In this document: piece after piece, positions 32,318-38,942 of the stretch | How the letters are laid out: each line of letters begins with the position of its first letter | Numbering within the stretch: position 1 is the stretch's first letter | Made by a program: the position numbers and the translations under genes | Origin: Patescibacteria group bacterium | Lineage (GTDB): Bacteria > Patescibacteriota > Patescibacteriia > SG8-24 > DYFX01 | NCBI GenBank assembly: GCA_030583805.1 | Contig: CP129476.1 | Coordinates: 1 to 51,452, forward strand | Length of the DNA: 51,452 nucleotides | Direction: 5' to 3' | The notes under the pieces: generated by a model | Database searches by the model: none | What the model saw: the letters and a program-made list of their open reading frames with translations, nothing else | What the model was told of the DNA's origin: nothing

Positions 32318-32752
32318 TCAGCGCGAAAATTTCGAAAGAAGGTGGTTGGAAATCTTCCGAATCATCGCTTCGTTCGGGCCGGTGACGATGACGACGCGTT
32401 TGGTCTCGGGAATGTAGGAGCGCAGCTGCAGGCGCGCGCCGAAACGCATGAACTGCAACTGCGGCGTCGCGACCCAGCTCGGAACGGCGGCTACGTCAGC
32501 GACGTGCACCGCGACGAGATCGGCGCAATCGGAACAATCTTTTTTCGCGTCAGAAGCCGAAAGCTTTTCTTTCGTGCGGAAATAGCGCACGGGCGGCAGG
32601 TAACGGTTCGCTTCTGTCGGGACGGCCACCGCCTCGGCGACACCGGCGGCGGCGAGGTCCTCGACGGTAACTTCAAGAGGATCCGCAGCCCGCGTTCCGA
32701 GGGCGGCGGCAGCGACGAGCAGGAGTGGGACGATCCAAAGCCGTTTTTTCAT
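32318..32752 (-). CDS. Hypothetical secreted protein
   Basis: Signal peptide MKKRLWIVPLLLVAAAALG. No recognisable domain. Confidence 0.5.
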   Translation of the reverse strand: MKKRLWIVPLLLVAAAALGTRAADPLEVTVEDLAAAGVAEAVAVPTEANRYLPPVRYFRTKEKLSASDAKKDCSDCADLVAVHVADVAAVPSWVATPQLQFMRFGARLQLRSYIPETKRVVIVTGPNEAMIRKISNHLLSKFSR

Positions 32753-32802
32753 ATTGTAGGCTGCGTATCTACAGTATACACTGATCATGCATTCATGCCG
32801 TT

Positions 32803-34146
32803 ATGTCGACCCATAAAACCAACCCACTCTCCAGGACCCTCAAGACGTTTTTTGGGCGCGACACGTCGATCTTGCGCGAGGCGCTCAAGGCGATCCAACC
32901 CGCCGAGCTTGGCGTGATCGTGAGCGGCTTGTCCGAACGCGAGCAATTGCAAGTCTTGAACTTGCTTGAAGCGCAAAAACTCTCGCGGGTTCTTTGGGAA
33001 GTCAGTCCGCACATGCGACGCCGCCTGCTTGGGCGCATGCCGTTCGACAACCTGACCAAGCTCGTGGCGGTCATGGAATCCGACGAGGCCGTCGACATCA
33101 TCCAGCTGCTCGATCGCCGGCGCAGAGAGCGGATGCTTGAAGCGCTCAAGCGCCACGATCCGAAGAAAATCCTGCCCCTCCTCGGATTCGAAGAGAAGAC
33201 CGCCGGCGGTTTGATGAAATCCGAGTATCTTCGAGCTGAATCGGGGAAGTCGGTTGAAGAAGTCCGAAAGGCGATCGCCGCCGCGAACAGCGGCACGCAG
33301 AAGTCGTCGACCGTGTACGTGGTCGATCCCCAAAACGTCCTGGTCGGCGCGATCTCGCTCATGCGTCTCGCGACGGCGGCGGCCGACAGCCGTATCGACG
33401 ACTTGGCGCACGGGCCGGCGGCCAAGCTGCCGGTCGGCATGTCGCAGGATGAAGTAACGCAGCGTTTCAGCGATCTCGACGCAGTCGAACTCCCGGTCGT
33501 CGACGGGCGCGGAAAATTGCTCGGCGTCGTCACAGCCGACGACATGCTCGACGTGCTCAGAGAGTCGCTCTCGGAAGATCTCTCGCGTTTCAGCGGTACC
33601 TCGGAAGACGAACACGTCAGCGACCCCGCGTGGCTTTCGATCCGCCGGCGTTTGCCGTGGCTCCTCGTGAACCTCGCCACCGCCGTGCTGGCGGCCTCGG
33701 TCGTCGCGCAGTTCCGCGACACGATCAGCCAGATCGTCATCTTGGCCGCGCTCATGCCGATCGTGGCCGGCATGGGCGGCAATGCCGTGACGCAGACGCT
33801 CGGCGTTTCCATCCGCGCCCTGGCGCTTCACCAACTGCATACGTGGGACATGTGGAAAATCGCGATTCGCCAGATGCTAGTGGGCGCGGCGAACGGTTTC
33901 CTGACGGGCACCGTCATGGCGGGTCTCGTCTATCTCTGGACGCGCGATCTCCAGCTTTCGATCGTCATGGTGGTCGCCATGACCATGACGCTGTTTATCG
34001 CGGGTCTCGGAGGTATTCTCATTCCCGTGACGATGAAGAAGTTGAAGATCGACCCCGCGCTTGCTTCAACTGTTTTCACGACGACGCTGACGGACGTGGT
34101 CGGCTTCTTCACGTTCCTTGGTTTGGCCAAAATTCTTTTGACATGA
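32803..34146 (+). CDS. mgtE: Magnesium transporter MgtE
   Basis: N-domain, tandem CBS region, and a C-terminal TM domain with PIVAGMGGNAVTQT. Confidence 0.9.
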   Translation: MSTHKTNPLSRTLKTFFGRDTSILREALKAIQPAELGVIVSGLSEREQLQVLNLLEAQKLSRVLWEVSPHMRRRLLGRMPFDNLTKLVAVMESDEAVDIIQLLDRRRRERMLEALKRHDPKKILPLLGFEEKTAGGLMKSEYLRAESGKSVEEVRKAIAAANSGTQKSSTVYVVDPQNVLVGAISLMRLATAAADSRIDDLAHGPAAKLPVGMSQDEVTQRFSDLDAVELPVVDGRGKLLGVVTADDMLDVLRESLSEDLSRFSGTSEDEHVSDPAWLSIRRRLPWLLVNLATAVLAASVVAQFRDTISQIVILAALMPIVAGMGGNAVTQTLGVSIRALALHQLHTWDMWKIAIRQMLVGAANGFLTGTVMAGLVYLWTRDLQLSIVMVVAMTMTLFIAGLGGILIPVTMKKLKIDPALASTVFTTTLTDVVGFFTFLGLAKILLT

Positions 34147-35501
34147 AACTTCATTTTTTCGGCGCAGCGCAGGAAGTGACCGGCACGTGCTACCTCCTCG
34201 AATCGGGGAGCCATAAAGTGCTGGTCGATTGCGGCATCTTTCAAGGCGGAGAAGGGGACAGCAAGCGCAACCAGCTGCCGTTCCCGTTCGATCCCGATTC
34301 GATCGACGCGGTGTTTTTGACGCACCCGCACATGGATCACGTCGGGCGCGTGCCGTTGCTCGTGAAACGCGGGTATCGCGGACCGATCTTCTCGACGTTT
34401 CCGACCGCCGAACTCAGCAAGTTGTTGTGGAAGGACATGCTGTCGATCATGCAGGACGCTGAAAAGCGCGATCGCGTGCCGGCGCTCTACGACGAAGACG
34501 ACGTCGCGAAAGCTGAGGAACGCCTCGTGCCCGTCGAGTACGAGACACTGGCCGAGATCTGCGCCGGCGCGATCAAGGCGACCTTTCACGATGCCGGACA
34601 CGTGCTCGGGTCGGCCTTCATCGAGTTCAATCTCGAGCACCGGACGATCGTGTTCTCCGGCGACCTCGGCAACGATGACGTGCCGATTTTGCGGCCGACG
34701 TCGCCGCTGCCGCAGTGCGACGTGCTCGTGGTCGAATCGACGTATGGCGACCGCCTGCATGAAGACTTGCAAACGCGCCGCACGATCCTTCGCGATTTGG
34801 TGAAAGAGACGGTCGAGAAGAAGGGCGTGCTCATGATCCCGACGTTCGCGATCGAACGCACGCAGGAAATCATGCTGACGCTGCATCGCCTGGCGGAGAA
34901 CGGGGAGATTCCCCGCGTACCGATTTTTCTCGACAGCCCGCTGGCCATCAACGCCACGCACGTGTACGAGGAGTACGGCCGCTATTTCAACGAGAACGCC
35001 AAAAACGAAATGCTTTCAGGGCACGAGCTCTTCGAGCTGCCGGGTTTTGTCGCGACCAAGACCTCGGACATGTCGAAAAAAATAAACGAGGTCGTACCGC
35101 CGAAAGTCATCCTGGCCGGCGCGGGCATGATGACCGGCGGGCGCATCCTGCATCACCTCGTGCGGTATCTGCCCGACCCCAACTCGACGCTCATGATCGT
35201 CGGCTACCAGGCCCACGGCACGATCGGGCGGAGGCTCTACGAAGGTGCCAAGACCGTCCGTATCCACGGCCACGACGTGCACGTGAACGCGACTGTTACG
35301 TCCGTCGGCGCCTGGAGCGCGCACGCCGACCAAGCCAAACTCCTGCGCTGGATCCAAAGCGCGCCCAAGAAGCCGGAGGTCGTTCTCGTGACGCATGGGG
35401 AACAGAACGCCTCCGAAACCCTCGAACGAAAGCTGCGGCGCGACCTGCATATCGACGCCTACGTGCCGGCTCCAGGGCAGACATTCAACCTGCATACCTA
35501 A
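34143..35501 (+). CDS. MBL-fold beta-CASP family ribonuclease (CPSF73/RNase J-like)
   Basis: ATGA overlap with mgtE. HPHMDH motif, beta-CASP region, C-terminal SAHAD. Confidence 0.85.
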   Translation: MKLHFFGAAQEVTGTCYLLESGSHKVLVDCGIFQGGEGDSKRNQLPFPFDPDSIDAVFLTHPHMDHVGRVPLLVKRGYRGPIFSTFPTAELSKLLWKDMLSIMQDAEKRDRVPALYDEDDVAKAEERLVPVEYETLAEICAGAIKATFHDAGHVLGSAFIEFNLEHRTIVFSGDLGNDDVPILRPTSPLPQCDVLVVESTYGDRLHEDLQTRRTILRDLVKETVEKKGVLMIPTFAIERTQEIMLTLHRLAENGEIPRVPIFLDSPLAINATHVYEEYGRYFNENAKNEMLSGHELFELPGFVATKTSDMSKKINEVVPPKVILAGAGMMTGGRILHHLVRYLPDPNSTLMIVGYQAHGTIGRRLYEGAKTVRIHGHDVHVNATVTSVGAWSAHADQAKLLRWIQSAPKKPEVVLVTHGEQNASETLERKLRRDLHIDAYVPAPGQTFNLHT

Positions 35502-35512
35502 TAAGGATATAC

Positions 35513-35539
35513 AAAATTAGCCTAATATAGGCTAATTTT
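35513..35539. repeat. Perfect 10-bp inverted repeat aaaattagcc-N7-ggctaatttt in the AT-rich junction
   Basis: Read directly. Could be a bidirectional terminator for the RNase gene or an operator. Confidence 0.6.
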
Positions 35540-35572
35540 GCTAATATAAGCAATTTATATTGTCAGTTAGTA

Positions 35573-35601
35573 TTGACAAAACCGCTTAAATATGCTAGAC
35601 T
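35573..35601 (+). promoter_or_regulatory. Promoter TTGACA-N17-TAGACT for the island operon A-D
   Basis: ttgaca 35573-35578, 17-nt spacer, tagact 35596-35601. Confidence 0.6.
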
Positions 35602-35651
35602 GCCTTCATCGTAGCACTGGCAGTTCAACCCGTATTTCCGGAGGATTTCTC

Positions 35652-35963
35652 ATGAAGACCCTGCTCATTTCGCTCGTCATCGCCCTCGGCCTCTTCACCG
35701 CCACCCAGACCGCCTCGGCCGAGCGCAGGCTCGAGAATCCGGTGCACAACGTCGTGAAGCTCGAGATCAAGAAGGCGAAGTTCGTCTTCAGCAAGCCGAC
35801 CACGATCCAGATCAAGCCCTGTGTCGACGACGCCCGCTACGAGTGCGTCTACAAGCTGGTCGGCAAGCGCCGCAACAAGGAGATCAAGATCTACGAGTAC
35901 CGGGCGCACGACTACGTCCTCCCGATCTACACGACCGAGGAGAAGGTCGCCGCCAAGAACTGA
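35652..35963 (+). CDS. Island gene A: small secreted protein (103 aa)
   Basis: GGAGGA SD 6 nt before the ATG. Signal peptide ending TASA-ER. Two Cys. Near-total G/C at third codon positions. Confidence 0.65.
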   Translation: MKTLLISLVIALGLFTATQTASAERRLENPVHNVVKLEIKKAKFVFSKPTTIQIKPCVDDARYECVYKLVGKRRNKEIKIYEYRAHDYVLPIYTTEEKVAAKN

Positions 35964-35995
35964 TCTCACGATCCCACCACCAACCACGCCTCAGC

Positions 35996-36079
35996 GCCTC
36001 AGTCGCGTCGAGCACTCCTGCTCGACGTCCCGCCAAAGGTTCCGAAACGATTCGGAAACTTCGGCGGGAAATTCTTCCC
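35996..36079 (+). repeat. Intergenic two-hairpin element, copy 1
   Basis: Hairpin 1 gcgtcgagca-ctcc-tgctcgacg (36005-36028). Hairpin 2 cccgcc..ttccgaa-acga-ttcggaa..ggcggg (36029-36068). Confidence 0.75.
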
Positions 36080-36132
36080 AACTGTTCCCTATACGCGCAC
36101 CGGCGCACACAACCCAGACCAAGGAGCTTTCC

Positions 36133-36495
36133 GTGAATCACTCCCTATTGCGTCGTGAAGCCGTCATCCCTCCGCCCCCGCTGTCGAAGCGCGTTATTCA
36201 CCTGCTGTCGCTCATGAAGCTTCAGTTTCTCGTCATCGGCCTCTCGGCTGCGGTTGCCACGATGTGGTGCGGCCCTATCGGGTTCGATGCCGCTCTTGCA
36301 CAAAAGATCGGCAAGGTTGATCAGCCCGCCTTGCAGCATCCTACGCAAGAGTCGCCATCGTGCATCCTGAGCTTCGGCGACCAACTCGCCGTGCTTCGAG
36401 TGCTGAACGTCGATCCTTCGACCGTTGATGCAGTGCGCTGCGCCGTCGACGGTAAGACGGTCGAGATGACCTATACAGTGCGTTCTCAGCACTGA
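36133..36495 (+). CDS. Island gene B: small protein with one hydrophobic segment (120 aa)
   Basis: AAGGAG SD 6 nt before the GTG. Hydrophobic segment MKLQFLVIGLSAAVATMWCG. Alternative start at ATG 36214. Confidence 0.55.
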   Translation: MNHSLLRREAVIPPPPLSKRVIHLLSLMKLQFLVIGLSAAVATMWCGPIGFDAALAQKIGKVDQPALQHPTQESPSCILSFGDQLAVLRVLNVDPSTVDAVRCAVDGKTVEMTYTVRSQH

Positions 36496-36520
36496 GCTCA
36501 GTACCGAACTTATTCTGCTT

Positions 36521-36595
36521 CGCGTCGAGCACTCCTGCTCGACGTCCCGCCAAAGGTTCCGATACACTCGGAATCTCCGGCGGGAAATCCTTCCC
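36521..36595 (+). repeat. Intergenic two-hairpin element, copy 2
   Basis: Same 45-nt core as copy 1. Hairpin 2 differs in loop and inner stem but stays paired (ttccga-tacac-tcggaa). Confidence 0.75.
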
Positions 36596-36643
36596 TCCGA
36601 TCACCAAACACTCGAGGCTTTCGTCTCGAAAGGAGCTCGTTCC

Positions 36644-37030
36644 ATGTTCGGCAAAGCCTTGTTCATCCTCGTGGTTGCGATCATCGCCATCGCTGTCTTT
36701 CTCGTCTGGTTGGACGGATGGCGCGCCAAGCGTCGCAAGCGCCAGCAGCAGAAGATCTTCCTCGACGTGAAGATCGAGGGCGTTCCGTACTGGGCCTACA
36801 AGCACGCAATCGGTCCGTTCGACACGATCGCGCAGCTGCAGGACTGGGAGCGGCGTTTCAAGGAAGGCCTCAAGAACCTCTCCTTGCCCAGTGAACCCTC
36901 GTTCACGCACCGCTACTCCGACAGCTACCGATGGACTCCGGAAGACGCCTTGAGCGACCTTCGGAAGTCGTTGCGCACGTTCGCGTCCCTGCCGGTCGCA
37001 GACCTGCCCACGGATCGGTACGTGAACTGA
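36644..37030 (+). CDS. Island gene C: N-terminally anchored membrane protein (128 aa)
   Basis: AGGAG SD. TM segment ALFILVVAIIAIAVFLVWL followed by KRRKRQQQK. Confidence 0.6.
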   Translation: MFGKALFILVVAIIAIAVFLVWLDGWRAKRRKRQQQKIFLDVKIEGVPYWAYKHAIGPFDTIAQLQDWERRFKEGLKNLSLPSEPSFTHRYSDSYRWTPEDALSDLRKSLRTFASLPVADLPTDRYVN

Positions 37031-37047
37031 CCGTCTCGTTCGTTTTC

Positions 37048-37077
37048 GCCTCAGCCGCGTCGAGCACTCCTGCTCGA
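37048..37077 (+). repeat. Intergenic element, copy 3 (hairpin 1 only, followed by a different hairpin)
   Basis: gcctcagccgcgtcgagcactcctgctcga matches copy 1 over about 29 nt. Confidence 0.65.
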
Positions 37078-37184
37078 AAAAGAAAGATGGGTCCGTATCC
37101 GAGAGGCCCATCGTTCCGCAACACGCAGGCGATCGATCGCTCGGACAAGGAAGTTTCCCCACAACATCGCACCCCGAGGTTGTC

Positions 37185-37439
37185 ATGGATGAGAAAATCC
37201 TGATCGTCATCACGACCTTTCGCAGCGACAACGATCGCGACCTGAGGCGGGAATGCCTCGGGCCGTACGATCGGCAAACGGCGCCGGCCAAGCTCGAAGG
37301 CCTCTTCGCGCTTTGCCGCAAGGAAGGCATGAAAAGCCTGAAGGGCTTCAAGGCCATCCGCCGCGGCGTCTGCCTGCACAAGCCGGGGACGCGCTTGTGC
37401 GTCGAGATCAGGGTGGACAGCTTTGTCCCCAGCCACTGA
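37185..37439 (+). CDS. Island gene D: small cytoplasmic protein (84 aa)
   Basis: GAGG SD 5 nt before the ATG. Four Cys. No recognisable motif. Confidence 0.5.
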   Translation: MDEKILIVITTFRSDNDRDLRRECLGPYDRQTAPAKLEGLFALCRKEGMKSLKGFKAIRRGVCLHKPGTRLCVEIRVDSFVPSH

Positions 37440-37478
37440 TCCGTGCAGCGCGTCGTTGACCGGCGCCACTCAGTCCTC

Positions 37479-37503
37479 AAGACCCTCCCAAGGGTCTTTT
37501 GTT
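37479..37503 (+). terminator. Intrinsic terminator ending the A-D operon
   Basis: aagaccct-ccca-agggtctt followed by a T-run. Confidence 0.75.
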
Positions 37504-37519
37504 CGTATTGAGCTTATTA

Positions 37520-37548
37520 TTGACATGATTGCTTCTACCTGATAGCCT
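37520..37548 (+). promoter_or_regulatory. Promoter TTGACA-N17-TAGCCT for island gene E
   Basis: ttgaca 37520-37525, 17-nt spacer, tagcct 37543-37548. Confidence 0.55.
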
Positions 37549-37592
37549 CAGTCTCGTCTTTGGACAGCCCGATTGCCGGGTAGGAGGTTTCG

Positions 37593-38795
37593 ATGCGTTC
37601 TACGTCCATCTTGCTGCTCTCCTTGGTTTTCCTGGTCTGTGCCGGCGCCTGTGCCGGACGCCAGCGGCCCCAGCAGGGGCTGCATTCCGAGACGCGCCAG
37701 ACGGCGCCGAACGCTCCCGACCCCGACGTCCGGATCGTTCCCAATGACACCGTCGACACGAAGATCAGCCTGCCCGAAGCGCCGACGACGTCGGACGAGG
37801 TCGCGGCTTCTGTCGTGACGAAGAAGCCGGTTCCGCCCCGCGCCAAGCGCGTTCGCTCCGTCCAGGAGCGACCCAGCGCCGAAGCCCGGCGCGTGACCGA
37901 CACGGACGCCGCCCGGCCGCAGGCCGAGCGCGCGCGAACGCGCGGGACGCACGTCCCGGCCGCACTGCCTGACAACGACGCAACCGTCATTGCCATGCGT
38001 GCCGAGCCCGGCGCGCCGCCCCATCGTTCCGACGCTCCCGTCGCGCAAGCGACCGTCGAGCCCGATCCGTTCCATGCTCCTCCGAGCTCTTCCTCGACGC
38101 AGGTCGCTTTCCGCGACACGCGCACACGACCATTGACACCTCTGTCCCCGCGAGAGCGGGAACGCGCCAACGCCGCCGCCCTCGCCGCCCTGGAATCACC
38201 GATTTCCGCGGCGACGAACGCCGCGCAGCCCGCACCGACGGCTCCTTCCGAGCCGGCATCCGTCATCTCCGCCACCGACACGACTTCGCGGCGCCTCGAT
38301 GCCGCGATCGCCGACTCCGAACCTTCGTCGGCCACGCAGGCCGGCGTTTCCACGAACCTGTACGTTCCGAGCGCTCCAGAGAGCGCTTCGAGTTCCCGCC
38401 TGTACCAGTACGTTCCCGCGATCATCGTCGCGCTGCTCCTCGGCATCCTCATCGGCTACGTGCTTTCGCGCCTTCCGGCGCGCGGATCTTCATTCGATGA
38501 CGACATCTATCCGGATGTCGATCACGCGTCAGCCGGCGCGCATGCGCCCGAGTCCGTCCCGGTATCCGAACCTGCTCCCGTACAGGAGCCCGTTCCCGTG
38601 CTCGTCGTTCCAAGTCCCGCCAGTTCGAGCGTGGAGGCCATGCCTCCCACGCAGTTCCCCGAAGGCTCCGGCAGCATCGTCACATCCGCAGGACCCGACG
38701 CCTGCTCTTCCGTCTCGGGCGAGATCGAGCTCCTCGATTCTCCCGCGCCTCAAGAGGCGCCGACACCACCAACAACCGAAACGCGGTTGAACTGA
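37593..38795 (+). CDS. Island gene E: low-complexity Pro/Ala/Ser-rich envelope protein with a signal peptide and a late TM (400 aa)
   Basis: AGGAGG SD. Signal ILLLSLVFLVCAGAC. TM IIVALLLGILIGYVL near residue 285. Confidence 0.65.
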   Translation: MRSTSILLLSLVFLVCAGACAGRQRPQQGLHSETRQTAPNAPDPDVRIVPNDTVDTKISLPEAPTTSDEVAASVVTKKPVPPRAKRVRSVQERPSAEARRVTDTDAARPQAERARTRGTHVPAALPDNDATVIAMRAEPGAPPHRSDAPVAQATVEPDPFHAPPSSSSTQVAFRDTRTRPLTPLSPRERERANAAALAALESPISAATNAAQPAPTAPSEPASVISATDTTSRRLDAAIADSEPSSATQAGVSTNLYVPSAPESASSSRLYQYVPAIIVALLLGILIGYVLSRLPARGSSFDDDIYPDVDHASAGAHAPESVPVSEPAPVQEPVPVLVVPSPASSSVEAMPPTQFPEGSGSIVTSAGPDACSSVSGEIELLDSPAPQEAPTPPTTETRLN

Positions 38796-38821
38796 CCGCA
38801 CCACGACCCCACCGTTTCTGA

Positions 38822-38851
38822 CGGCCCCTCCTCGAGGCGGCCGGTTTTTTT
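38822..38851 (+). terminator. Intrinsic terminator closing the island
   Basis: GC-rich imperfect hairpin cggcccctc/gaggcggccg followed by TTTTTTT. Confidence 0.7.
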
Positions 38852-38859
38852 ATTCCGCT

Positions 38860-38890
38860 TTGACACGTTCGCCATCCCGTTCTCTAAGCT
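38860..38890 (+). promoter_or_regulatory. uvrB P1: TTGACA-c-GTTCGCCATCC-N7-TAAGCT (19-nt spacer)
   Basis: Same register and GTTCGCC core as the elements at 21227 and 26411. Confidence 0.45.
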
Positions 38891-38897
38891 GCTATTG

Positions 38898-38926
38898 TTG
38901 ACAAGACTGTTTACGAACGGTATTTT
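38898..38926 (+). promoter_or_regulatory. uvrB P2: TTGACA-N17-TATTTT
   Basis: Canonical spacing. Ends 16 nt before the ATG at 38943. Confidence 0.5.
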
Positions 38927-38942
38927 GCGTTCTCACCCGCAT

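Noticed and set aside
32753-32802. A possible Mg2+ (M-box) riboswitch upstream of mgtE.
   Set aside because: The entire intergenic region is about 50 nt and the predicted leader about 25 nt. That is far too short for the M-box aptamer of about 170 nt.
35996-37077. The idea that the three repeated intergenic elements are integron attC sites, which would make the island a cassette array.
   Set aside because: I could not find the RYYYAAC / GTTRRRY core sites at the element ends. No intI integrase or attI lies nearby. The operon has a single upstream promoter plus internal SDs, which ordinary polycistronic organisation also explains. The idea is kept only as a remote possibility in the finding.
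35996-37077. A CRISPR array.
   Set aside because: There are only three copies, spaced about 500 bp apart, with protein-coding ORFs between them. The repeat is imperfect and there are no cas genes.
36341-37480. A 379-aa minus-strand ORF across island genes C and D.
   Set aside because: It has no SD or promoter and a Ser/Arg/Pro-rich composition. The plus-strand ORFs each have a strong SD and better third-position GC bias.
38911-38936. A LexA-box-like GAAC-N10-GTTC in uvrB P2, and a GTTC-N8-GAAC upstream of umuC (26354-26369).
   Set aside because: The spacing matches none of the LexA consensus types I know, and only the 4-nt arms are symmetric. Such matches are expected by chance in this composition.
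38895-38942. A TTG start that would extend uvrB by 16 codons and make it leaderless from P1.
   Set aside because: Leaderless initiation on UUG is unlikely. MDFKLHAPYAPAGDQP matches the usual UvrB N-terminus, and the extension would contain the P2 promoter hexamers.
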